Shown one piece after another: positions 25,729 to 38,183 of a stretch of DNA of 64,000 nt (position 1 is its first letter; every line of letters starts with the position of its first letter). Source of the DNA: Octopus vulgaris (lineage: Eukaryota). The stretch covers positions 184,326,001 to 184,390,000 of the forward strand of contig OX597814.1 in assembly GCA_951406725.2 (NCBI GenBank), read 5' to 3'. The translations under genes were made by a program, and so were the position numbers. The notes beneath the pieces were generated by a model. It saw only the letters and a list, made by a program, of their open reading frames with translations. It was not told where the DNA came from and did no database searches.

Positions 25729-25736
<8 letters not shown>
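25502..25736. mobile_element. Fold-back of a PLE-type pseudo-LTR centred on a hammerhead-like core
   Basis: Diverged arms of about 115 bp; the right arm reads CCGATGA-AGGGATAT..ATATCC-TA-GAAAC-ACTT-GTA-AGACC. Confidence 0.7.
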
Positions 25737-25769
<33 letters not shown>

Positions 25770-25883
25770 CATACATACATACATACATACATACATACAT
25801 ACATACATACATGCATACATACTTACATATATAGAGGCATATATGCATATGTTGATACATACATATTTTGCATATATACATGA

Positions 25884-25923
<40 letters not shown>

Positions 25924-26375
25924 TACATTGTCCTATCTTTTCATTCCGTTCTTTATGTCCGCTCACTTATCCCAGCAGCGTTTTATTATTGCACACACCA
26001 ATATGAAGAACTATATTGGTGATGGCGCGAAATTCAGATTTTTGGTTGACGACCATGTTCAAATCTTTTGGTCTTTTGTGTGTTTTTTCCCCTTGTTGCC
26101 CTTCTGTGCAACATTTTACTGTTGTATACATACATGCTCCAGTTCATTCAGCCTTAGTAATGAGTTGTGACATCGCTGGTGCCAAGCTGTATCAGCCTTT
26201 GCATTTCTCGTGGAGAGCGAAGGCTGGTATGTATGGGCGGCTGCTGGTTTTCTATTAACAACGCTTCCCAGACTTGTGCCTCGGAGAGGAACATTCTAAG
26301 TGTAATCCCATGGTCATTCATGACCGAAGGGGATCTTTACCTTTTTACGTTTACGCTCATGCCCAATCAACCCCC

Positions 26376-26450
<75 letters not shown>

Positions 26451-26867
26451 GTAGAAATATGTTACGAAAAGAAAATATAAAATACACGTGGAAATGTAAG
26501 GGTAAAATATGAAAAATCAACGAAAATGCATATTGCAAATAGAAAAAGGCTATTTATGACAGGTAACGACAAATATATACATTTAGATTGACTGAGATAG
26601 TAATACGAGTCATAAAAGTCATTATTATGAGATGATTATAAGATGATAATAGAGTAAGAGAACAAAACGAACCAATAGTTTACGCAAAGCTATTCATCGT
26701 TTGAACAACACCGGTTAATACACGGTGTCCGTGTGTGTATGTGTGTATGTATAAGTGTATGTGTGTATATGTATGTATTTATGTATGTATAAAAATTTGT
26801 ATATATGTATGTATCTATCTACCTCTCTCTTTATCTATCCATATGTGTGTGTGCTTGTGTATATACA

Positions 26868-26982
26868 CGAGGTATGATCAATAAGTATCTGGACTTGCCG
26901 TAGTAACGAAGATAAAGTACGCAGAGTGAAGCTGCTTGGTACAGATTGATCTTGAACGCTGCTGTGCATGCGCACTAAGTTT
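26868..26982 (+). mobile_element. Mariner terminal fragment (TIR plus subterminal sequence)
   Basis: CGAGGTATGATCAATAAGTATCTGGACT resembles a mariner TIR; the following sequence recurs at 45366-45470. Confidence 0.6.
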
Positions 26983-26989
26983 CTCTCAT

Positions 26990-27375
26990 GACCAAAGGAG
27001 GCTTAGTTTTCAACATTGTCTCCCTTGTGGTTCATACTCTTCTTCTATCGGCGTTGCAGTACTTGCATCTCATTGTTGAAGATGTTTTCAATCTTGTTGG
27101 TCAAAAAAAAAAAGTCATCAACGGCAAATCTGACGATGTCTTCATTGTGATACTGACTCCCAGCCAAGTAATTTTTGATGTTAGGGAACAAATGACAATC
27201 AGTTGGAGGCCAAATCAGGAGAATAAGGATGATGATCAACCAGTTCAAAACCACAGTCACACACATCAGCTACTGAGAAGCAAGGACTTGAGTGCATTGT
27301 CCTGATGAAACAAGAAACTTATCCTCAATTTTCTTGGGTGTTTTATCTTGATATCCATTTGCAACTGCTCCAGTA
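26990..27375 (-). mobile_element. Mariner transposase C-terminal remnant
   Basis: LFHQDNA, CGFELVDHHPYSPDLA, DCHLFPNIKNYLAGSQY..AVDDFF..LQRR. Confidence 0.85.
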
Positions 27376-27395
27376 AGTGGAAACATCACAAACTC

Positions 27396-27624
27396 TTTAG
27401 TCGAGCAAATCGACCCCAGGACTTATTCTTTGTAAGCCTAGTACTTATTTTATCCGTCTCTTTTGCCGAACCGCTAAGTTACGGGGAAGTAAACACACCA
27501 CCATCGGTTGTCAAGCGATGTTGAAGGGACAAACACAGACACACATACAAATATAGACACTTGGGACTGAACCTGGAATCATGTGGCTGGTAAGCAAGCT
27601 ACTTACCACACGGCCACTCCTACG

Positions 27625-27627
<3 letters not shown>
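27396..27627 (-). mobile_element. Internally deleted SINE family A
   Basis: Family A 3' half and head present. Confidence 0.85.
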
Positions 27628-27672
<45 letters not shown>

Positions 27673-27676
<4 letters not shown>

Positions 27677-27997
27677 AGGCGCGTGGCTTAGTGGTTAAGG
27701 TAATCGGCTCACGATCGCAAGGTCGTGAGTTCGATTCCAGGCGGTGCGTTGTAACTTTGAGCAAGATCCTTTATTTTATGTTGATGCAGTTCACTCAGCT
27801 AGTAAAAAATGTATTGTACTTGGAATTGAAAAAGCCAGCTTTGTCACATCCTGTGTCGAGCTGAGGCTCCCAAAGAACTAAGTTAAACTAACGCGAGTCT
27901 GTGGAGGGCTCAGCCACATTCATGTTAATTTCGTGAGAAGGCTGTCCTGTTGATCAAATAAATTGGAACACACATCATCGAAAGCGACGAAGTGCCT
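27673..27997 (+). mobile_element. tRNA-derived SINE related to family C, with a different 3' body
   Basis: GTGAAGGCGCGTGGCTTAGTGGTTAAGG..GAGTTCGATTCC; TTCACTCAGCT shared with 6312 and 10626. Confidence 0.75.
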
Positions 27998-28425
27998 CTT
28001 CATCGATCTACAATGCCAATGGTTCGTTAAGGCAGACGTCTGGCTATACATCACAACAATCAAGATTTATCCTGTTTATAACATAATATATGCAGGTTAA
28101 TTAACTTGCAACAATTCAAAGAATGTGCCTGTCTGTGTATGAGTGCGTGGGGGTGTTTGAGAGAGAATGTGTGTTAAAACATGATATTAATTACAAAGAA
28201 AGATGCATGTTCTGTAGAAACTAATTTGTATTATGTTGTATCTCAGGAGGATTATTTACAAAGAATGTGTTAGGACTTTCGTAAGGAGGGAAGTATACAT
28301 TACAGGCAGAATTTAACGGAACTAAAAGTACGGTCGAGCTAAGTACGCCACATGAGAAAGATATCAAAATATGGCTGAAAGGCAAGAGCATTCGTTCTCT
28401 TCCAATATATATATATATATATATA

Positions 28426-28474
<49 letters not shown>

Positions 28475-29115
28475 ATTATATGACTGAACGCCACGCATCC
28501 TCTTTTATCTTAACAATTCTGATGCGTACTCTACTATCTTTTTACTCTTTCGTTTTTTCTCTCTTCCTTTCCCTCCTTTCTCCCCTCCGGTTTTTTCTCA
28601 CTTATCCTATCTACAACTTTATACTTTCCCCTTCATAGTTCGCTATCTCTCACTTTCTCCCTCACTCTTCCTCCCTTGGTCACGTGGCTCCCACGTGACC
28701 ATCCGCCATCTTTCTTCTCCTAACTTGTGTTTCTTTCTCTCCGTTGTAGCTGGATCAAAGAAGACGTGTTTCTGTCTGTCTCCTATCCAAGCTTGATTTA
28801 CGCGTTCGCCACCACAACTACGTTTAGGCTTAGTAGCCTTTCCTGTTTATTTTCACTGTCCTCTTTGTATTACCAATTTTGATCCTCTGCAAAATCCCAA
28901 ATTGCGGGTGCAACTGTTTTATCGAAAACGTATCTTGTTGTTAAATGCTCGAAATACGAGAGTAGAAAAACAGCCAACAACTTATGAAAGGTCGGTTTCT
29001 GTGTTGTTTGTCTTTGATTCCATTTGTCCCTTTCGTTGTTCGAAAAAATAGTTCATATTCCATGTACTCGTACTTCGTATTTTTTGTTGTACATGTGACG
29101 TCCTGTGCCCACATA

Positions 29116-29189
<74 letters not shown>

Positions 29190-29295
29190 GTATATATATA
29201 TATGCATACATATATATATATATGTATATATGTATATATATATATGCATACATATATATACATATATATATACATATATATATATGTATATATAT

Positions 29296-29356
<61 letters not shown>

Positions 29357-29758
29357 AATATATGTTTTTACAATTTAAAAATAGGATAACCGGAGTATAT
29401 TCAGTACTAAATTATTCGAATAAACACGTCGTACCGAGATGCAATTCGAAAAAGCCCGCCTTTTACATAGATGTATAAATGATGAACATTTCTATATGCT
29501 ACGGTGGATACATTGGTTGTTCGTCTATTGATTTTTGTTCATTCGTTATAAATCTTGAATTATACTTACACTGAAGATTAAAAAGTGCATTTCTGCATTA
29601 ATTATGAAATCATGTGATTTGCAGCTGAATTCTGTTTTTAAAGGACTCGCTTCGAGAGTTGCATTCCCTCGCATTCGATACGATGTGTTTGTTTATTTTG
29701 GTAGTTTTGACTTTAAGTGTCCCTCCTAGCGTGTGACATTTATCTATAGTAATGCCCT

Positions 29759-29819
<61 letters not shown>

Positions 29820-30458
29820 ATTAAGAGAAATAACCTCTGTTAAGCAATTCAATAGTGAAAGACATTATCCATGTTAAATTGAAAAAATTAAATATACTAT
29901 AATAAATATTATTCAAAAAATCAATAGATTAAATAAACATTAAATTATATTCCCTACTATTAAATATATAGACACACACACGAGTGAGTAGATAATCAAA
30001 AGGAGAAAGGCACTCAATACATTTATTAGGACTTATATGTATTATTGAACACTCTATGCAACTTAAAGTTTAAAGTTTCGCGGGACTCTGAAAAGGCGGG
30101 CTTATGTTTGAGGTCCATAAAGCTTTCAATCGCACGGAGCCGAATCGAACTGTTTTAAATAATATGTGTGTGTGCGTGTGTTTGTTTGCGTGTGTGTGTG
30201 TGTGTGTGTGTGTACATGTGACTGTGTCTGTGTGTGTGCGTGTGTACAAGTGCGTGTGAGTCCATGTGACCATGTCCGCGCGCGCGTGTTTGTGTGTGTG
30301 TGCGCGCGCGCAAGCCTTGAATTTTCGTGATTCAGTTAGTCCGGTTCCCGACTGAAGATTAGAGGCTTCGATTGTCCCGTCTGTTTTCTTGTGTCGTCTC
30401 TTTGTGTGTTTTTTGCGTTCTTGTCCCACTTTGTAATTTATAATTTATATTTAATTTC

Positions 30459-30542
<84 letters not shown>

Positions 30543-30568
30543 TCTATATATATACATATATATATATT

Positions 30569-30950
30569 CAAAGTTACCCCAACCGCAGAACGGGGCGCCA
30601 CTTCATGGTGCCAAAGATTCCAACATCACCATCAAAATACAGGACCAGATACTGCAACAGCTTGGGTTTCAGAGGACCACAGCTCTTTAAGCATCCTCCC
30701 TAAATGCCTTAGAGACTTACATGGTGTGGATGTGGGTTTCTTTAAAACTAAACTGGACCTCTTCTTGTCAGGAGTCCCAGATGAACTTACCTCACGACAA
30801 GAGACGCAGATGCGGGCAGCAGCATCGAACTCCCTTGTTGATCAAGTGCCACGTATCAGAGATGGATTCAAATATTAGTGTAGCTCATTCAGCGGTGGTG
30901 CCCCAGCATAGCCGCGGCCTTCGGGCTAAAACATTTTAAAGGATTTAAGG

Positions 30951-30954
<4 letters not shown>
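30569..30954 (+). mobile_element. 5'-truncated CR1-type LINE 3' end, inserted in (TA)n
   Basis: [64 protein letters not shown]; 3' UTR stem-loop and AAGGATTT tail repeats. Confidence 0.85.
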
Positions 30955-30999
<45 letters not shown>

Positions 31000-31434
31000 A
31001 AATAGTACTACTATATAAATAGAAAATATAAACTTTCCAGTGGCTAACTTTTGAATAAGGTGAAAAAAGCAGTTCAATAGCTATCACTTAATAAAATCAT
31101 ACACCCCTAAGTCTAAAGCTTTAAAATCTAACACATGGTTGACTATTATAACCTATAGTCAGTTTTTCCGTTTCTTTTAATGACTTTCCATGGCGTCAGA
31201 AAAAGGCGTGGCAAATTCAGACGGAATGAACAGCGGTTTACGGCTACTTGGCTCAAGACAGTCTTCATAAAACTGGTAGAGAGGGAAACGTATGAAAAAA
31301 GAGGCCTTATAAGATTAAATGACATAGAATGTTATCTATCTATCAGTCTTTCTGTCCGTCGGTCTATCTTTCTATCTATTTATCTATATCTAGATGTATA
31401 TATATATATTCATATATATATACTTCAGACGGAC

Positions 31435-31519
<85 letters not shown>

Positions 31520-31522
31520 TTT

Positions 31523-31596
<74 letters not shown>

Positions 31597-31740
31597 CTAT
31601 ATATATATATACATACACATACATATTCCTTTGTCTGTATATATAGGTGAATAGATTGGTGTACGTGCATATGTTTATATATGTAAGCGTTTATGAGTGT
31701 GCATGTGTGTGCGTGTGAGTTCGTGTGTGTGTATGTGTGC

Positions 31741-31804
<64 letters not shown>

Positions 31805-32294
31805 TGTTTATATTTTTGCGCACTTTCATTTCGTTCTTTCTGTCGTGACATGCAGGAATTGGATTGTTTGTCTTGTATCGGCACATTTCACAGTTGAGTA
31901 GAATAGTTAATACGATATCAGTGTAATAAAGATAATTATCATCATCATCATCATCAATAACAACAACAACAACAACAGCAACAAATGCAGCAACAACAAT
32001 GATAACAGCTGCAACAAAGTAACACCGGCAACAGCCAAAATTTTGTAGAGTAACGCGCAAAATATGCATGACGGTTTCGATTTACATCTAAGTCCGTGTA
32101 AGATTTCTGTCTTTGTTTCTTCTGGGATTGATAATATATTACTGCTGAGATTTGGATCAATGTAGTGCCCCATCTAAACGAAGTCAGCTGTTTGTAAGAA
32201 AATCATGTAGGACAAAAGTCTCAATAAGGTTTGTTGTTTAATGACATGAGGCAACTCTCAGAGCCGTGGTAGAAAATTTTGTCTGAAAATATTG

Positions 32295-32551
32295 TACATT
32301 ATTTACATTATTTACAATTGACTGATATTTGTCCTCATCTTGTTTGTTGTTAACAGAACGTTTCGGCTGATACACCCTCCAGCCTTCATGAGGTGTGTTG
32401 GAGAAATTTCGAACCTGGGTTCTCATTCCTAAGGTATTTTTCGATGTTGTTATTATTATTATTATAATTCAGGTCACAGCCTGGAATCGAACTCGGTAAC
32501 TTGGGTTTAGTAGCCCGTGCTCATAACCACTACGTATATGCTCGTATAGAA
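32295..32551 (-). mobile_element. tRNA-headed SINE-like element carrying a hammerhead-like motif, 12-bp TSD
   Basis: A box GTAGTGGTTATGAGC, B box GAGTTCGATTCC, HHR-like motif at 32352-32399, tail (TGTAAATAA)2, TSD CTGAAAATATTG at 32283-32294 and 32552-32563. Confidence 0.8.
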
Positions 32552-32702
32552 CTGAAAATATTGATAAAATACCAAATTGAATATCAATTTCATATTGCGT
32601 TCCTTAGAGATAAGTAATTTTTCAGTTGGGTTAACTACACGCACACGCACACACACACACACACACACACGCACACACATATACACACACACACAACCCG
32701 CA

Positions 32703-32911
32703 TACCAGAAGGTACTGAAAAGTACCTGGCTTTAAAAATACGGGACAATCAATTAATCAAGATTATATTAAACATATTCCACTCTCAGATTCACACACTT
32801 ATTGTAGCGGTCCCGTTTCTCTAAACCCTGCAAAATAATTTGGATGTCTTGTCCTCCAAAGAGGTCTTTCACGATACCCTTAAATCCATAATTTATTTCC
32901 GCATCCTCGTA
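32703..32911 (-). mobile_element. Mariner-derived MITE retaining the transposase C-terminus
   Basis: TA-bounded degenerate TIRs (TACCAGAAGGTACTGAAAAGTACCTGGCTTTA and reverse-complement TACGAGGATGCGGAAATAAATTATGGATTTA); QGLEKRDRYNKCVNLRVEYV. Confidence 0.65.
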
Positions 32912-33026
32912 CATACGAGCACATACATACACGTATACATATTTACATACATTTGTAGATACATACATACATACATACATACATACATTCATACATGCAT
33001 AGTTACATATGTGTATGTGTATGCGT

Positions 33027-33505
33027 AGGCCTATGAGGGTAGTCGATCAGCAAAGGCTGGAGATGTTCGACAATAACTGTCTCCGCCGCATTCTTTGCTG
33101 CCAACGCATTGATCAGGTTCTTACAGCCAGTCTTCGTCATCGCCTGAATCCCCGGCCCCTCTCTTCAGTGCTTCTACAACGGCGCTTAAGGTAGTTCGGT
33201 CATGCAGCCCGGCGTCCAGAGGGTGAGCTGATTCGCGATGTCCTCCTCCCACCTCCACTTCCCAGCTGGCGGAAATCACACGGGCGGGTAGCTGAAAACC
33301 TGGGCAACGACGATAAAGGAGGACCTCACCGATCTCTCAGGTCCGCAGGTGGTCGGTCTGCACAGATGGAACCGCTAATGGGTCGCTATCTCCAGTGACG
33401 TCGCACAGGACCGTCGAGCGTGGGCCGCCACGGTTCGTGATGCCGTCAGGACCAGAGAAGAAACCGGCCCAATCTGCCGGGGGGTGAACGCCGTCACAAG
33501 TAAGT
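33027..33505 (+). mobile_element. 5'-truncated RTE-clade LINE 3' end
   Basis: RLEMFDNNCLRRIL, LLQRRLR*FGHAARR, KTWATTIKEDL, AQDRRAW; ends CAAGTAAGTA. Confidence 0.9.
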
Positions 33506-33515
33506 ATGTGTGTGC

Positions 33516-33733
33516 TTAACATTTAGAATTTCAACCGGCCAAATCAAGCCAAAATATTTTCCATGTTTTAAATTCAAACAGGACATCTCACACGTATCCT
33601 ATAATGCCATTCTCAAAACAAATAAACACATCATCGAAATCTCGAAGCCACAAGATAATGCATGATTTATTCTGAAGAACGAAAATCAATAAGCATTACA
33701 TTTGACAGAGTAATCCAAATGCTAAAGGGTTAA
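33516..33733. mobile_element. piggyBac-like MITE
   Basis: TTAA at both ends; right end AAATGCTAAAGGG|TTAA, left end degenerate TTAA|CATTTAGAATTT. Confidence 0.55.
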
Positions 33734-34894
33734 GTATGTATGTATATAAATAGGTAAATTTGCCTCCGGATATTTGTGAACGAATTTTAGCTGATTATAA
33801 TTGGAAGACGACCAATTGCAATGTCACGCAGTAAGCACCACATTGTTAGCATTCTCTTTTCTTTCTACAGTTCCATCGACAGCATCAATGTAAGAGATTC
33901 CAGTTCACAGCTATTCACAAGAAAGCATAGCTCTAATGACAGCTATATCAGAGATACATACACAAAGAATATCCAAAAGATGTACGATTGAGTAGGAAGT
34001 GGTATCATATTTAAAAAGCAATGCGAGTTAAAATTTCAGATAGACTTTATGAAGTATAATATTTCAGCTATCCACAATATGTGAGATTTCACTCGCCCAC
34101 GTATACATAGCACCGCATTCGAGATTTCGGTAACAACAAAAACGAACAAAAGAGGATGGAATATTGTTACATGCTAATTTAGGAATGTGTGCTAGTCTGA
34201 GTATTGCAAGTGATTAATTTTATATACAAATATATATGTTAGATATAAAATATTAATACGCTAACATTTCGTTATTGTACGTACCCGATGTGTGTGTCAC
34301 ACTTACTTCAAAGAAGTAGCAAAGCGAGAGAGAGAGAGAGAGGAGGACAGAGAGGAAGTAAGAGAGAAAGGGAGAGAGATAAAGAGAGAGTGAGAGAGTG
34401 GAAGAGACAGTGAGTGGTGATGGCGTTCATTTTGTGTTTTAAATGTTTCAGCGAGGACGTAAGAGAGAAAGAAAGAGAGTGAGAGAGAGAGAGAAAGTGA
34501 GAGAGAAAGAGAGAAAGAGGGAGAGAGTGAAAGAGACAGTGAGTGGTGACGGTGTTCATCGCAAGAGAAATAGATACATAGATACATATACACATTGTTA
34601 AATCAAAAGCAGGAGAAAAGTGGGGCACAAAAGAAGTGAAAGAGAGAAACTGAGAGAGACAGTAGATACATAAATCCAAAGAAAGTTCATACATAGATAC
34701 ATGCACACAGGAAATATTGGATGTCAATTTCACTTTTCATTACTACTCGAGGATAAAATTAACTCATAAATGGCTGAGTGCTCCAGTGAATCATTTTGGA
34801 GATTTATAGTCTTATGTATGTACGTATGTATGTATGTGTGTATGTATGTATGTATGTATGTATGTATGTATGTATGCATGTATGTATGTATGGA

Positions 34895-35093
34895 TGTGTG
34901 TGTTTGTGTCTGTGTTTGTCCTACCACCACCATTGCTTGACGACCGATGATGGTACGTTTGCCTCCCTGTAATTTAGCTGTTCAGCAGAAGAGACTGATA
35001 GAATAAGCACCAGTCTTACGGGGATCAATTTCTTCGATTAATGGGTGGTGCTCCAGCATGGCCACTGTCAAATGACTGGAACAAGTAAAAGAA
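34895..35093 (+). mobile_element. SINE family A 3' half
   Basis: Begins in the microsatellite and runs to the tail hairpin. Confidence 0.82.
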
Positions 35094-35261
35094 TACCAGA
35101 AGAACATTCCGTACCACTAAACCAAGAAGGTTCTTTGAATATGTACGATGTATTTTAAGGTTAAATAGTAATTCCATTTACGTTTGTGTAACAGATATTT
35201 TGGTTGGATTATATAGTCATTGGCACATTACTTTCTATATTCTGTAACTGTCACAATATAC

Positions 35262-35672
35262 TTTTCTCAGCCTGAATATTTTGTGGGGAGTGGGGTCAGT
35301 TTATTAGATCGACTCCAGTACACAACTGGTACTTAATTTATCGACCCCCGTAAGAACGAAAGGCAAAGTCGACCTCGGCAGAATTTGAACTCAGAACATA
35401 AAGACAATCATAATATACAAACATTTCCCATGGCACCAATACACTGTTTACAGATGCTAACATCTCTTATGTTTTCCGTAAATTTTTCACGGTTCCAGCT
35501 AGTTTTAATTATTGCCTTTCGTCATATTTCTTTCTTTCAAATATGTTTGGGTTTTTCCTTTATTTTATAGTTCTTTTTTATCCTTCCATTCATACGCTTT
35601 GCAACGTTTTCCACCCTTCGTCTCGTTTATGTATCAACATCATCAACATCATCACCATCATCATCATCATCA

Positions 35673-35707
<35 letters not shown>

Positions 35708-35765
35708 ACCATCATCACCACCATCACCATCACCGTCATCGTCATCGTCATCATCATCATCATCA

Positions 35766-35832
<67 letters not shown>

Positions 35833-36266
35833 AGCAGCCAACTGGAAAATCGTTAGCACACCGGAGAAAATGCTTTCGATAATGTCATCTGTCTTTACGT
35901 CATGAGTTCAAACTGTTGTCGACTTAGCCATTCAGCCTTTCAAAGTCAATGAAGTTAGTACCAGCCAAGTACTTGGGTTGATGTAATCGACAAGGCGCTC
36001 TCTCCTTAAAAAATTCTGCCTATAGTGGAAAAGGTTAATATTATTATTAATACACAATTTAAGGCGGTGAGCAGAATCGTTAGCATGCCGGGCAAAATGC
36101 TTATCGGCATTTCGTCCGTGTTTGTGTTCTGAGTTCAAATTCCACCGGGGTCAACTTTGTCTTTCATCCTTAAAGGGTCGATAAATTAAGTACCAGTGAA
36201 ACACTGGGGTTAGATGTAATTTATTAGCCCCTCCCCCAAAATCGTGGACCTTAGTAGAAAGGATCA
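35262..36266. mobile_element. Cluster of three diverged SINE family B copies (35262-35405 minus; 35832-36035 and 36061-36266 plus) around trinucleotide repeats
   Basis: Family B head and core motifs. Confidence 0.78.
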
Positions 36267-36832
36267 TTAATACTGATTGTTACGTAGCTTATAGCCATGG
36301 ATTTATGAGCGTCTAGAATGAATAAGATTCTGTGAAACCGAATATTTTCATAGCATTGGGCATGTAAAAAACATGAAGGACCTTTAACAACAAGTACTTT
36401 AAGCATTGTGAAATGTATATAATCTATGTAAAATTCTGAGTGTATTCAAGGGTTTGTGTATCTCCTTAGTGTTGCGAAAATATTTAATTGTGCATTTATA
36501 AATGTGAGTGATTACATCGGAATGCATAAAAAAAGAGGTTAAAATATTTACTAGTTCGTAAATATTTGAGTGTTTCGTGTGTATGTATGTCTGCCAACAC
36601 AAATATATTTAAGCAACATGTTTGTAGACACACACACACACGCACAAACAGACATATATTCTCACACACACCACACAACACATACATGCAAGTACATATA
36701 CATAGATGCGCATGTACACGCACAAGCAATTTTATATATTCACATACAGACATAAATACATGCGTATATATCTATATACAACATTTATATGCAGTTAGAT
36801 ATATATACATATGTATTATGTATAAACTACAT

Positions 36833-36915
<83 letters not shown>

Positions 36916-36944
36916 CATACATATACATATATATACGTATATAT

Positions 36945-37007
36945 ATCTTCGCACACAACGTAACATAGTATAATATAATATATCATACATACGTACATAC
37001 ATAAATT

Positions 37008-37061
<54 letters not shown>

Positions 37062-37152
37062 TATGTATGTATATATATATGTATATATATATAAATTTAT
37101 GTATGTACGTATGATATATTATATTATACTACACTACATTGCGTGCGAAGAT
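36945..37152. repeat. Fold-back palindrome centred on (TA)n
   Basis: ATCTTCGCAC.CAA.GTA...TAGTATAATATAATATATCATAC..GTACATACATAAATTTATATA on both arms. Confidence 0.85.
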
Positions 37153-37609
37153 GAAGACTGTAACTGAGTGTCAGTTTTGGAGGATGTGTTCTTTTATAAA
37201 AGAATTCTTTGAACGAAAGGTCATTTGGAGTTCATCAATAACATTAGATTATTAAATATTTAAAAGCAAAATCATGATGGAGAAGGACATCGATCTCGTT
37301 CTTTTAGAATTGATAGTTTGACACTAAAAAGATAAATAATACAAAACATGTACAGACATGGCTTTGTTGTAAAAAGTGTGCTTCCCCATCACATGGCTGT
37401 GGTTTCAGCCCCATTCTGTGATACATTAGGCATTTGTCTTCTATTGTGGTCTCGGGATAACTAAAGCCTTGTAAGTGGATTTTGTTGACGAAACTGAAAG
37501 GAGCCCAACTTTTATGAGGCAAACACCTATATGAGAGGATCTTTGAAGTCTAATAACGCAGTATTCGGTGTTCTGAAAAGGCGTTCATGTTAAGTTGGAT
37601 ATTTTTCAA

Positions 37610-37620
37610 TCAATCAATCA

Positions 37621-37703
<83 letters not shown>

Positions 37704-37850
37704 CATCTATCCATCCATCTATCTATCCATCAATCCATCTATCCATCCATCTATCTATCCATCAATCCATCTATCCATCTATCCATCTATCTATCCATCT
37801 ATCCATCCATCTATCTATCTACCTACCTATCTATCTATCTATCTAGCTAG
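37610..37850. repeat. (TCTA)/(TCCA) tetranucleotide array
   Basis: Visible directly. Confidence 0.95.
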
Positions 37851-38144
37851 CTATATATATATATATATATATATATACATTACATACAACACAGGTATAT
37901 AGATATATGTATGTACGAATATATATACACACAAACACACACATACATACCACATACACTTATAAAAGCACACACAATCTCGCACAGTCGTATGGGGAAG
38001 GTGCTTGCCTTGCGATAAAGCTCTTCGATCCCATGTATGCGACCTTTTTACTAAGTGCCTCCCACGAAAGCCTTGAAATGACTAATAACCACGTGATTAG
38101 ATTCATGTTGAAAAACATCTGCAGAATCTTGTTGTATACGTTCA

Positions 38145-38181
<37 letters not shown>

Positions 38182-38183
<2 letters not shown>

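Noticed and set aside
25925-26100. Possible internally deleted mariner (KSEFRAI; RCWDK) on the minus strand
   Set aside because: No TIRs or catalytic motifs recognised.
27302-27320. CTGATGA..GAAAC (similar at 41613 and 46654)
   Set aside because: At 27302 it is the antisense of the mariner LFHQD codons; none of the three has the required stems.
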